Below are positions 29,620-39,320 of a stretch of 64,000 nucleotides of DNA, one piece after another (within the stretch, counting starts at the first letter, position 1; each line of letters opens with the position of its first letter). The notes below the pieces were generated by a model. The model was not told the origin of the DNA. It saw nothing but the letters and a program-made list of their open reading frames with translations, and searched no databases. The DNA is from Candidatus Bathyarchaeum tardum (GTDB lineage Archaea; Thermoproteota; Bathyarchaeia; Bathyarchaeales; Bathyarchaeaceae). Made by a program: the position numbers and the translations under genes. The stretch spans positions 1,856,001 through 1,920,000 of the forward strand of contig CP122380.1 of the NCBI GenBank assembly GCA_024650005.2, written 5' to 3'.

Positions 29620-30171
29620 ATGAAAACAGGAGTTTTCGCCAGCTTTTTTCTTCTGGTTATGGTTTTAGTTATTCCATTGGTTCAGGGTTCTGAAGAAATT
29701 GACGCTTCAACTGTTGTCACCGAAGTATTAGGAGATGACAGCTTTGAAACTGAGACAGAAGGCACGATAAAGTTGGCGGACATAGACCCCACTTGTGCAG
29801 ATATTGACAATTCAACGGGTTACATATCAGCTAAGAGTGTTTTAGCTTCTCTTGTTGAAGGAAAAACAGTTTACCTTGACATAGACAACTTGTACGGAAC
29901 AGACTACACGGGAACCGGAAACAGAACTGTTGCTGTTGTATATGTTGATTTAAATTCAACCCATTACCTTAACGTTAATTACCTGTTGCTTGAACACAAA
30001 CTGTTAGCAATAAATAACCAAGAAAATGATTTTAATCCAGATACCTGGACTAGTTTGGTAAAAAAACAAGATATCCCCGAATTTCCAGCAGGAATTTTAA
30101 TCACAGTTTTCACAATAGTTCTAATAACAGCAACAACAGTTTTGAAAAAAATGAATAAAAACGGTTTGTAA
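29620..30171 (+). CDS. Secreted thermonuclease (SNase)-fold-like protein with PEF-CTERM sorting signal
   Basis: Signal peptide; V.EV.GDDS, I.LADID, R.VAVVY, NVN..L resemble SNase; IPEF plus TM plus basic tail. Confidence 0.65.
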   Translation: MKTGVFASFFLLVMVLVIPLVQGSEEIDASTVVTEVLGDDSFETETEGTIKLADIDPTCADIDNSTGYISAKSVLASLVEGKTVYLDIDNLYGTDYTGTGNRTVAVVYVDLNSTHYLNVNYLLLEHKLLAINNQENDFNPDTWTSLVKKQDIPEFPAGILITVFTIVLITATTVLKKMNKNGL

Positions 30172-30259
30172 GTCCATCTGTGTTTTTTAGGGCATAATTA
30201 AAAATTATAAGGATAAAACAAATGATGTGATGAACAAAAATGTTCATTAAATCTTTTGA

Positions 30260-31201
30260 CTAGGTGGTTTTATTTTTTTGTAAAGCGCCCTTTTCAACAA
30301 ACATTGCAAAACCAACTACGAAAGCCAAAATGCCTCCGATTATCAAAAGTAATGGAAATACAATGTAAACAATTTCGATTGGAAGCAACACGTAATGAAG
30401 AAACAGCCCCCATGCACCAAACATCGTCCCGATTGTTCCAAAGAACAACAGAGGTCTAACGTCAAACATTAGCCTCACAATTACGTTGAAGATTCTAAAG
30501 CCATCTTTTAGTGGACTGAGTTTTGTTTCTCCGACCCGTGGCCTGTAACTTATTGGAAGCTCAAGCATTCTAGAGTTAACCGAACGTGCCTTTGCCAACA
30601 TTTCCAAAGCAAAGGGCATACCCACAGCCATCAAATTAACTTCATCTAGCAACTCTGCTTTGAAAGCCCTCATTCCACTTTGTGTGTCACTGATTCCAAT
30701 ACCCAAAGACATGTTGGCAAGGGTTGAAATTGCCTTGTTGCCAATTTGGTTAACAGCAGGCATTGCACCCTCTTGCATTCCTGCAAATCTGTTGCCTATT
30801 ACTAGCTCAGCGTCACCGTCCATGATAGGACGAACTAGTTTAGGTATGTCTTTAGGGTCATAAGTCAGGTCAGCATCAAGCATTACAAGAATTTCAGAGT
30901 TAAGTTTGTTTTTGGCATAAAGAAAACCAGTTTTTAAAGCGTCTCCATAACCTTTCCCGGGCTGGTAAAGGACTATAGCACCATGTTTTTTTGCGATCTT
31001 ATCTGTACCATCAGTAGAATGACCGTCAACAACAACCAAGTCAAAGTCGTAATCTGTCATGACATTTTTTACTTCATCGAGTATTTTTCCAACTGCTTCA
31101 CATTCATTCAATGCAGGAAACACGATGGCAATCTTTGCAACAGATTTTAGTGTGATATTTTTGTCCTCCATGAAATAACGAACCAGATAATCGTAATTCA
31201 T
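30260..31201 (-). CDS. GT2 glycosyltransferase (DPM1-like)
   Basis: PALNE, VVDGHSTDGT, DADLTY, DTQSG.RA, GETKL; C-terminal TM segments. Confidence 0.9.
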   Translation of the reverse strand: MNYDYLVRYFMEDKNITLKSVAKIAIVFPALNECEAVGKILDEVKNVMTDYDFDLVVVDGHSTDGTDKIAKKHGAIVLYQPGKGYGDALKTGFLYAKNKLNSEILVMLDADLTYDPKDIPKLVRPIMDGDAELVIGNRFAGMQEGAMPAVNQIGNKAISTLANMSLGIGISDTQSGMRAFKAELLDEVNLMAVGMPFALEMLAKARSVNSRMLELPISYRPRVGETKLSPLKDGFRIFNVIVRLMFDVRPLLFFGTIGTMFGAWGLFLHYVLLPIEIVYIVFPLLLIIGGILAFVVGFAMFVEKGALQKNKTT

Positions 31202-31697
31202 CCTCTATACGTTTACTCATAATATAAAACCGTTACAGTTGAAAAACGCAAAATTAGATTAAAAATAGAAAAATCGATAACACGTGAACCGGAAAAACGG
31301 GAACTAAACCTCATTAGTTCATTCATCTCTGTTTCTTTGTTTAATGGAGAACTAAATTGAATTTTAAAACTTAATTATATTTTTGTCAAATTTTCTTGAG
31401 TAAGACCTTTTTTGGGTTGGAAAATTTTTGTCAAATATTTTTGAGAAAAACGTTTTTTATTTTAAAAAACTTTCAATGGGCAATATTAGATCAGAAACAA
31501 AAAAGGAAAAAAATAAAGAAATGGGGCTGAAAGGGTTCAAGTACAAAATGAAAATTACCCGTGATAGTAGCATGGTTTTTTCATTTTTTCATTCCTTCAA
31601 TTTAATTGTACTTAAACCTCAGCAAACCCGTTTCTTCAATCCATACTACTTTATGCATTCAACAATAAAAACATCAACCTATTACTGAGGTTGTTAA

Positions 31698-32159
31698 TTG
31701 ATTAAAAAACATAAAGGAGCCATAATTGGTTTCATCACATTACTGCTGATTGCCTCAGGGACAGTCGCAACAATTTTATTTATTGATTCAGGAAAAGATA
31801 AAACAGAAAACGGTAAACTGTATTCGTTTCCGTTTTCAGTAGGAAACGAAACTTACACCGTAAATGTGCTAAGTAATTATTCTTCGTCCCCTGAAGTCAG
31901 TTATTTGAAAGAGGAAAAAATTGTTTCTTTTGCGTTCATAGGTGAACCAGAAAATTCCTTTTGTAACATAACAGTTCCAACGGGTTTAATCGGGGGAGAA
32001 ATTTCTGTAATTGACAAGTATTACAAAATGAGCGATGAACACTACATTCAATCATATAATGGAAGCCATAATTCGATATATTTTACCTTTGACCACATCG
32101 CTTACGTTAAACATTTTGAAATAAGGGGAACCCAAGGGGCACCAACAGATTCGGGCTGA
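31698..32159 (+). CDS. Hypothetical membrane-anchored extracellular protein
   Basis: N-terminal TM; FCNITVP.GLIGG motif; GAGGT SD. Confidence 0.65.
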   Translation: MIKKHKGAIIGFITLLLIASGTVATILFIDSGKDKTENGKLYSFPFSVGNETYTVNVLSNYSSSPEVSYLKEEKIVSFAFIGEPENSFCNITVPTGLIGGEISVIDKYYKMSDEHYIQSYNGSHNSIYFTFDHIAYVKHFEIRGTQGAPTDSG

Positions 32160-32201
32160 TTTTTCGGTAACGTCAGTAACCCTTGAATACCGTTTCTGAG
32201 A

Positions 32202-32882
32202 ATGAAAATAGTTATGACAGAATACTCGTTGCATGCTGACATCAAGGGCTGGTATTCCAAAGCAAAGCACCCAGTTGAGGTTAAGGTTGATGAGTTTATT
32301 GTTGATGTAATAAATGAGGATGGTTTGCTGATTGAAATACAAACAAGAAACCTTTCAGCAATCAAAAAGAAATTAAGAAAGCTCCTCAAAGGCAATAAAG
32401 TAAGACTTGTTTATCCCATTGCCAAGATTAAATGGATTGTTTACGTGTCAGACGCTGGAGAGATTGTTAAAAAAAGAAAATCACCAAAAAAAGGAAAAAT
32501 TACTGACCTTTTTGGTGAAATGGTTCATTTACCTAGTTTGATTAATAATGAAAATTTTTCTATTGAAGTTTTATTCATCGAAGAAAAGGAACTACGATGC
32601 AACGACGGAAAAGGAAGCTGGCGACGAAAAGGAATAAGCGTCAAAGACAGAAAGCTTATAAAAATTTTTGGCAGCGTTATTTTTGAGAAAAAAACAGATT
32701 TTCTTAAAGTTTTACCCGACAATATGGATAATCCATTTACGAATAAAATTTTGGCAAAGAAAATGGGGATTCCTATTAGGTTAGCTCAAAAAATTACGTA
32801 TTGTCTAAGAAAAATGAATGCAGTAACTGTTGTGGATAAGAAAAGAAGAGAATTGGTATTCGAAATTGTCAAAGAAAACTGA
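32202..32882 (+). CDS. Conserved hypothetical protein, PD-(D/E)xK nuclease-like with C-terminal wHTH
   Basis: E.SLH..IK, E......VD.....LIEIQT pattern. Confidence 0.6.
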   Translation: MKIVMTEYSLHADIKGWYSKAKHPVEVKVDEFIVDVINEDGLLIEIQTRNLSAIKKKLRKLLKGNKVRLVYPIAKIKWIVYVSDAGEIVKKRKSPKKGKITDLFGEMVHLPSLINNENFSIEVLFIEEKELRCNDGKGSWRRKGISVKDRKLIKIFGSVIFEKKTDFLKVLPDNMDNPFTNKILAKKMGIPIRLAQKITYCLRKMNAVTVVDKKRRELVFEIVKEN

Positions 32883-32945
32883 AAAGGAAAGATAAGCCAA
32901 AATTTAAAACTTTGAAGCCAACATAAAATAGTGGGGATAGGATAA

Positions 32946-33611
32946 ACGTCAACTGAATCAATTCTGGAAGCTGAAGTAGAGCAAATCAGAAAACATTTTT
33001 TGAAGTATACACGGCAAGCGTTTCAGATTCTTCCAAAAATTAATGAACCATACATTCTTGATGTTGGCTGCGGTTCAGGGATTCCAACAATTGAGTTAGC
33101 TAAACTAAGTAAGGGAACAATAGTCAGCGTTGACACAGACCATAAAGAGCTGGAAAAGCTAGACAAAAAAATCCTAGAAGAAGGACTTTCGAACCGTGTT
33201 TCTACCCAAAATTGTTCGATACTGGATGTTGATTTTCCAGATGAAACCTTTGACATAATCTGGGCTGAAGGCTCGTTACATATAGTTGGTTTCGAGAAAA
33301 GCCTCAATCAGTTAAGACATTTACTACGAAAAGGAGGTTTCATAGTCGCTCATGATGGAATAAATCACGTATCAAGTGCTCTTATCAGCACATCAGATTT
33401 GGGCTATAGCCTGATTGATCATTTTATTTTACCTGATGACGAGTGGAAGATAAATTATTTTGAACCTTTGGAACGGCTAATAAAAAAGTGGAAGAAAAAC
33501 CCAGAAAACAGTGAAATCGTTAAAACATACCAAAACCAAGTCAACATGTTTAGAAAAAAACCAGAGGAAAATATTTCAGGATTTTATATTTTCCAAAAAA
33601 ACAACTGCTAA
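32946..33611 (+). CDS. Class I SAM-dependent methyltransferase (start possibly ACG 32946; ORF track start 33000)
   Basis: ILDVGCGSG, FDIIWAEGS; frame stays open for 18 codons upstream of the TTG. Confidence 0.85.
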   Translation, partial: TSTESILEAEVEQIRKHFLKYTRQAFQILPKINEPYILDVGCGSGIPTIELAKLSKGTIVSVDTDHKELEKLDKKILEEGLSNRVSTQNCSILDVDFPDETFDIIWAEGSLHIVGFEKSLNQLRHLLRKGGFIVAHDGINHVSSALISTSDLGYSLIDHFILPDDEWKINYFEPLERLIKKWKKNPENSEIVKTYQNQVNMFRKKPEENISGFYIFQKNNC

Positions 33612-33787
33612 GCAGGGGCATAGAAACATCTTTTGGGGGAAATTACTTCACCTTGAGTTTTCAGGCTTTTTATGATTTTGGAAACTTCTTTGCTGTCTAA
33701 TCCAGTCATTTTTGCTAAATCTCCAGGTCGGACAGGTTTTCCTGCTTTTTTCATGGTTTCCAGTACCATTTTTTCGTTGTCGTCCAT
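33608..33787 (-). CDS. Small winged-helix protein (59 aa; absent from the ORF track)
   Basis: MDDNEKMVLETMKKAGKPVRPGDLAKMTGLDSKEVSKIIKSLKTQGEVISPKRCFYAPA; GAGGT SD. Confidence 0.8.
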   Translation of the reverse strand: MDDNEKMVLETMKKAGKPVRPGDLAKMTGLDSKEVSKIIKSLKTQGEVISPKRCFYAPA

Positions 33788-33941
33788 CTATTTAACCTCA
33801 AAAAATTGTAGATCTCTGCAAAATTTATAGTTATTGAAGCTAGAATTGGGCGTTTCATTTTTTGAATTTCTCGTTTCACAATGTCCCTTATATCAAATCT
33901 TGATATATATCATAAACTGGAAATGTTGAGGGAAAATCAAA

Positions 33942-34148
33942 ATGAAAAAAATAGCAACTAGCGCAATATTGGTTTTGATTGTAGCCAGCATGATTATCGG
34001 AATAGTAGCAGCAGAAAATAGTGTTGCACCACCCGAGGGAGCAGGCGATGGAATTCCAGACGGTAACCAGTTTATTCAACCAGATACCCCTGGAAAGGGT
34101 CCAGCACCCAATTGCGGTGATGGAATTTCAGACGGCAGCGGGTTTTGA
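33942..34148 (+). CDS. Small secreted protein with two GDGIxDG motifs
   Basis: Signal peptide; GAGDGIPDG and GPAPNCGDGISDGSGF. Confidence 0.65.
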   Translation: MKKIATSAILVLIVASMIIGIVAAENSVAPPEGAGDGIPDGNQFIQPDTPGKGPAPNCGDGISDGSGF

Positions 34149-34212
34149 GTAACAAAATAAAAAAAATCAAACCTCTAATTTTTTTATTTTTAAACTTTAA
34201 CAAAACAACAAA

Positions 34213-35118
34213 TTATGTTAAGAGCAGAAAAAAGTATGCGTTTAATGAGATTATAAACAGAAAAAGTGCGATAATATTCAATGAACAAAACTGGCTAACG
34301 TTTTTGTTCTTGAAGGTTGCAAGAAATCCAAGAACTGTTGTTGTTAAGGGTACCAAAGAAAGAAAAAAGATGACTTTCAAGTTAATAACATTGGTAAAAA
34401 GTTGTTCCATGAGAACAAAAAAGGTTAATGTTACAAGGGAAGTGATTGCTGTAAGCACATAGAAACTGTTTTTTGGACCTATTCGAACTGCAAATGTAGT
34501 TTTTTGACCTTTTTGGTCGTTTTTTATGTCCGGGATTTCAAGATTAAGACTAAGAAAGAAACCATACATCATAAACGGGATTGAAAGAAAAACAAAAAGC
34601 AAATCAAGTTGACCTTTCACGGACAGGTAACCGATACTGGGGATTATGAATCCCGTAGCCAAGGCAATAGCTAGTTCTCCTAGACTTTTTGCACTTAATC
34701 GCATTGGAGGAGCTGAGTATGCCCATCCCAAGAGATTTGCTAAAAATGTAATGATGAACAATTCTGTGGGGGCTCCAAAAAAGAGAACCATTATCCCAGC
34801 CAAAACATTTGACAACATCAGCAGGATCAATGAGATTTTCTTTGCCAATGGAGAAAGGTTTGGATGGTTTACCAAGATTTTTTTGTTCGAAAACAGTTTT
34901 TGGTTTTTCTGATGCCGGTCCAATTCAACATCGAAATAGTCATTGCTAAAATGAGTGGACAAATCGCCTAAGAAAACCACACTGTAACCCAAGGCAAGGT
35001 GTAAAAGATTTACGATTCCGCCAGTTAAAATTGCCAGTAAGGCTCCAAGGGAAAAGGCTAAAACTCCACCCGCCACGATGTGAACACGAATTACGCGTAA
35101 GACTATCAGGGAATTCAT
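34213..35118 (-). CDS. UbiA-family prenyltransferase (MenA-like)
   Basis: NDYFD...D, YSAPP.RL....GE, D...D....K.T motifs; probable start ATG 35118. Confidence 0.85.
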   Translation of the reverse strand: MNSLIVLRVIRVHIVAGGVLAFSLGALLAILTGGIVNLLHLALGYSVVFLGDLSTHFSNDYFDVELDRHQKNQKLFSNKKILVNHPNLSPLAKKISLILLMLSNVLAGIMVLFFGAPTELFIITFLANLLGWAYSAPPMRLSAKSLGELAIALATGFIIPSIGYLSVKGQLDLLFVFLSIPFMMYGFFLSLNLEIPDIKNDQKGQKTTFAVRIGPKNSFYVLTAITSLVTLTFFVLMEQLFTNVINLKVIFFLSLVPLTTTVLGFLATFKNKNVSQFCSLNIIALFLFIISLNAYFFLLLT

Positions 35119-35197
35119 GAAGTTCTCTCTTTGTTTATTGATGGAATAGCTTATTAAAAGATATAATGAATTACATAATGAAATTTGAGGAATGTGA

Positions 35198-36094
35198 ATG
35201 AAAGCACAACTCAAATCGTACTTTGATCTGACCAGAGTGCATTTCTTTTTTGTTTGGCCCACACTTTTTTGCGCGGGAGTGTTCCTTGGGTTTCAATTAA
35301 ACGCCATTTTTTCGTGGTCTCTTATACTCAGAGCCATCTTTATTGGTTTAGCAGGATTTGAAGCAGGCTTAGTCTTGAATGATATCATAGATCGGGATAT
35401 AGACAAAAAAGAAGTTGAAACCAATAAATTAACAAAATATTGGAGAGTTTTTGGTCAAAGACCCCTATCCCAAGGTCTGCTTTCTTACAAGCAAGGATTG
35501 ATTGTGTTTTTTGGACTAGTTGCAGTTACGACTGTTTTGATTTTCACGTTTCCTTTTCCAACGTCCCTGTATCTTGTAACCATCATGCTAGTTTGTTATG
35601 GGCTGGAAATTTTTTATCAAATCAAAAAAAGAAACCAAAGCTTTCCTTTCGCTCAACTGATTGGGCGGATTGATTTCACAATGTTTCATGTAGCAGGATA
35701 CATCGCGGTTGCAGGTTTTGATTTCAATGCATTACTCTTTGGTTTGTTTTTTTATCCCTTAGCCCAAGCACATTTAGGAGTAAATGACATGGCAGATGTA
35801 ACCAATGACAAAGTCAAAAACATGAAAACTATACCCTTGCTCTATGAAATGAAAGGCACCAGTTACTGGATTTTACTGTTTAGTGCATTACATATTGGAG
35901 CCGCAATAGTTTTTGTTAGCATTCTAGGAACCATAGCATTAATCGGGTTTAGCATCAGTTTTGTACTCTTAACATTAGCTAACTACAAAATCTTGAAAGG
36001 AAAAACCGCAGACTCAGCAATGAAAGCATTGCCACTATTCCATGTAAGCATGCTGATTTACGCCATTTCAATCATTGCAGGATATTTCATATAG
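35198..36094 (+). CDS. UbiA-family prenyltransferase
   Basis: NDIIDRDID, RP, NDMAD..ND....KTIP; multiple TM segments. Confidence 0.85.
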   Translation: MKAQLKSYFDLTRVHFFFVWPTLFCAGVFLGFQLNAIFSWSLILRAIFIGLAGFEAGLVLNDIIDRDIDKKEVETNKLTKYWRVFGQRPLSQGLLSYKQGLIVFFGLVAVTTVLIFTFPFPTSLYLVTIMLVCYGLEIFYQIKKRNQSFPFAQLIGRIDFTMFHVAGYIAVAGFDFNALLFGLFFYPLAQAHLGVNDMADVTNDKVKNMKTIPLLYEMKGTSYWILLFSALHIGAAIVFVSILGTIALIGFSISFVLLTLANYKILKGKTADSAMKALPLFHVSMLIYAISIIAGYFI

Positions 36095-36248
36095 AAATAA
36101 CTTCAGTTATTACTTCTTGCAACTTTTTCTAGAAAAATTCTGACGGTTTAAGACGAAAGAAACGTTCTTTTTGTTTTCATATCTGTTTATATAACACCGT
36201 TATACTTGGAAAGAAGCAATCAAAACAAGTAAATGCGAGACAAAAGCA

Positions 36249-36941
36249 ATGAAAAAACTGTTTTTCATTCTTCTTATTACAAGCTCAATATTTTGCATTA
36301 CCCAAGGTTTACAACAGGTTAATGCTTCATCTAACCCAGTTCCTCAGCTTTCTACAGTTGTTTACTATCCCGACGTATGCAATCCAGAATTCTGGGCGAC
36401 CTTTGACATCTCAAATTTTGGTGCAACTTCTCATGCTGACTCGTATTTATCGGTTACTTTATCTCCACACCTAGAACTAGTTTCATGGCATACTACACCA
36501 GATACTCCAGAAATGAAGATTAGAATCTACGAAAAAGGTTCCATCATAGTAAATACCTCAGGTTCAACAGTTAAAACAAACAACACCATTATTGAAGTGT
36601 ACAATCACAAATTGCAAAATAACGAAACAATCAAAGTTACAATATTTTTTGAAAACACCCTCTATCAATCTCCAGGCGAATGGATAAAATCCCGTTTAGT
36701 AATGTACCCAGAGGACATAGATTTTACATCAAAGATTCAGGACCCTACACAATCAATCCGAAAAGACCAACAAGGATACCCAGTTTATCAATTATCTGTG
36801 GCACCAAATAAGGAAATTTACCCCATAAACAATGACAACGTGGAAGTGATTCCAGAATTTCCGTCAGGGATGATTTTTCCACTTTTACTAGCAGCAATAT
36901 TTGTTGGCATAATAGTAGTAAAAAACAAGTTGAAAAACTAA
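36249..36941 (+). CDS. Secreted protein with PEF-CTERM sorting signal
   Basis: Signal peptide; VIPEFPS plus TM plus KNKLK. Confidence 0.7.
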   Translation: MKKLFFILLITSSIFCITQGLQQVNASSNPVPQLSTVVYYPDVCNPEFWATFDISNFGATSHADSYLSVTLSPHLELVSWHTTPDTPEMKIRIYEKGSIIVNTSGSTVKTNNTIIEVYNHKLQNNETIKVTIFFENTLYQSPGEWIKSRLVMYPEDIDFTSKIQDPTQSIRKDQQGYPVYQLSVAPNKEIYPINNDNVEVIPEFPSGMIFPLLLAAIFVGIIVVKNKLKN

Positions 36942-36973
36942 ATGCAGATGTTTTCGTAGCAATTTGAAGATTG

Positions 36974-38062
36974 TTAGTGCCAGCTGCCAACAGTTTTCTT
37001 TCGTTTAATTAGCAGATAAACAAAGAAAGGAGAACCCAGAACGGATGTTATTATTCCAACTGGAATTTCGGCGGGGCTCATCAATGTTCGGGCTAAGGTG
37101 TCACAGATAATTAGAACAATTGCCCCAAGCAAAGCAGAGGTTGGTATCAAAATTCTGTGGTCGGGTCCAACAAGTAGTCGTGTCATGTGAGGAATTATCA
37201 AACCAATAAAGCCAATTATGCCACTTACTGAAACTGCTGCGGCAGTAATCAAAGAAACACAGATTAATAGTCTTGTCTTAAGGCTGTCAACATCTACTCC
37301 AAGATGTTGGGCTTGATTTTCTCCAAGAGAAATTATGTTCAAGTCTTTTGCGTAAAAAAAGATTATAATTATGCCCCCAAAAATAAACGGGGATGCAATA
37401 TACAGGTGGTTCCATCCAGCCAATTGAAGGCTGCCCATAATCCAGTAAACGATTCCTTGTAAAGCATCAGAACTGATTATTTTGATCAATGAAACAATAG
37501 CTGACAAGAAACTGCTTATTGCAATTCCTATCAATAACAAAGTCAGCATTGAGTTTCCACCGCTGCGTTTTGCGATGTTATATACTACAAAGATTGTTGT
37601 AAGAGCACCAATAAACGCCAATAAAGGTACAGCATACAAAAACCCTAGAAAGGTGGACCCAAATCCAAATCCTATAGCCAATGAGGCTCCAACGCTTGCT
37701 CCTGCAGAAATTCCCAGAACGTATGGGTCAGCCATGGGGTTTCTGAGTAATCCTTGAAGAACAGTTCCCGCCGCGGCAAGAGCAACTCCAACAACTGCAG
37801 CGACTAAAACTCGGGGCAACCTGATTTTTAGGACAACTTCAGTTTGAATTGCTGATACGTCACTTTGTACAAAATCTCCAATAAAGGGCAAATTTTTGAT
37901 CAAAACGGTATAGACATCAGGTAATGAAATGTCCATTGATCCAATTGTTACAGTAACTAAAACTATAACAATTAGACTAACGGATAACAAAAAAACGATT
38001 AATTTCCAGCGGTTTAAACGAGTTAAAAGGACGTGAGGCGAGTTTTGGATCTTCAGCACCAA
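36974..38062 (-). CDS. FecCD/BtuC-family ABC transporter permease
   Basis: IRLPR, RNP.ADP..LG.S.GA, IGFIGLIIPH, EIPVG. Confidence 0.92.
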   Translation of the reverse strand: MVLKIQNSPHVLLTRLNRWKLIVFLLSVSLIVIVLVTVTIGSMDISLPDVYTVLIKNLPFIGDFVQSDVSAIQTEVVLKIRLPRVLVAAVVGVALAAAGTVLQGLLRNPMADPYVLGISAGASVGASLAIGFGFGSTFLGFLYAVPLLAFIGALTTIFVVYNIAKRSGGNSMLTLLLIGIAISSFLSAIVSLIKIISSDALQGIVYWIMGSLQLAGWNHLYIASPFIFGGIIIIFFYAKDLNIISLGENQAQHLGVDVDSLKTRLLICVSLITAAAVSVSGIIGFIGLIIPHMTRLLVGPDHRILIPTSALLGAIVLIICDTLARTLMSPAEIPVGIITSVLGSPFFVYLLIKRKKTVGSWH

Positions 38063-38111
38063 CTGATAGCTTTGTCCTCATCGCCATTTTTGTTCATAAA
38101 GTTTTGGATGT

Positions 38112-39101
38112 TTAGCTTTCCGCGAATGCTTCAGGATGGAATATTTCAGCTAATTGCTGTATTCCATCGACAATGTTTGGTCCAGCAACAGTAATCAAGT
38201 TTTCATCGACTTCATAAACAGCATCGTTAATAACTGCATTTAACAGGTTCCAGCTTTCTCGGTTTTTAATTTCTTCAGGTGTACAGCTGTAATAGCTTGA
38301 CATGACTCCTTCAGAAATTATGATAATGTCAGGGTTAACGTTTAGAATTTCTTCAGTAGATGTTGACAAGTATTGACCATTATAATCAGCAAACACGTTG
38401 ACTCCTCCAGCAAGGGTAATTAATTCATTAACTACAGAGTTTCCACCAAAACTGTTCATGGACCCGTACTCAACGTAAACTGTTGGCTTTTCTAGGTCAC
38501 TGACTTTATCTTCAATTAACTGGGCATCTGCTTGGATGCCTGCAACAACTGCAGCAGCTTCTTGTTCGTTTCCAGTTATTTGCCCAATTAAGGAAATATC
38601 ATCAAGGTACCCAGTAAATCCGGAATGGATTACAATTACAACGGTTTTGTCCAGTTCAATAAACCGGTTAGCAGTAGAAAGCTGGAAACCTCCCTTAGAA
38701 AGAATCAAATCAGGGTCTAACGCCACTACACTTTCTACACTGATTGTTTGGAAGTCCCCAACTGTCGCTATTTTGCCAGAGGCAATTGCACTTTGAATTT
38801 CTGGCGAATAATTATCGTAAATTGGAACTCCAACAATTTTGTCTTCTAATCCGATAGAAAACAAAATTTCAGTGCAACTAGGTGCAATGGAAACTATTCT
38901 TTCAGGATACTCCGCAAAAGTGACAGTATTTCCTGCACCGTCGGTTATTGTTATTGGATATTCTAGTTCATTAGATTCAGATGGAGAACCAAGGTAAACA
39001 TAACCTAATGCTCCCACAGATACAACTGCGATAGCAGCAATTATAATGATTATAGTTTTCGTATTCATGTTCATCACTTGATTAATGGATTGGTTATCCA
39101 C
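38112..39101 (-). CDS. Cobalamin/iron-siderophore ABC substrate-binding protein (BtuF-like)
   Basis: PERIVSIAPS.TEIL, E....L.PD, AGG.N; N-terminal anchor. Confidence 0.88.
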   Translation of the reverse strand: MDNQSINQVMNMNTKTIIIIIAAIAVVSVGALGYVYLGSPSESNELEYPITITDGAGNTVTFAEYPERIVSIAPSCTEILFSIGLEDKIVGVPIYDNYSPEIQSAIASGKIATVGDFQTISVESVVALDPDLILSKGGFQLSTANRFIELDKTVVIVIHSGFTGYLDDISLIGQITGNEQEAAAVVAGIQADAQLIEDKVSDLEKPTVYVEYGSMNSFGGNSVVNELITLAGGVNVFADYNGQYLSTSTEEILNVNPDIIIISEGVMSSYYSCTPEEIKNRESWNLLNAVINDAVYEVDENLITVAGPNIVDGIQQLAEIFHPEAFAES

Positions 39102-39320
39102 AACTTAATCGCTAATAAATTATCCGATTTTTTCTAAAAAAAATGAACAAGACATTGAAAATACCTAATAAAATTTAAAAAAATCGCATGAAAAACAAAA
39201 AACACAAAAAACGCCAGCCCACAGAATTGACTTACATGAAGAACACAATTTGAAGTAAACTCTGTCTACCAAGCATGTTTAGACAGATATCCTTTTGTTT
39301 GACGCATCTAGATTTTATTT

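Noticed and set aside
39102-39320. Cobalamin riboswitch upstream of the BtuF-like gene
   Set aside because: AT-rich region with no B12-box or recognisable stems
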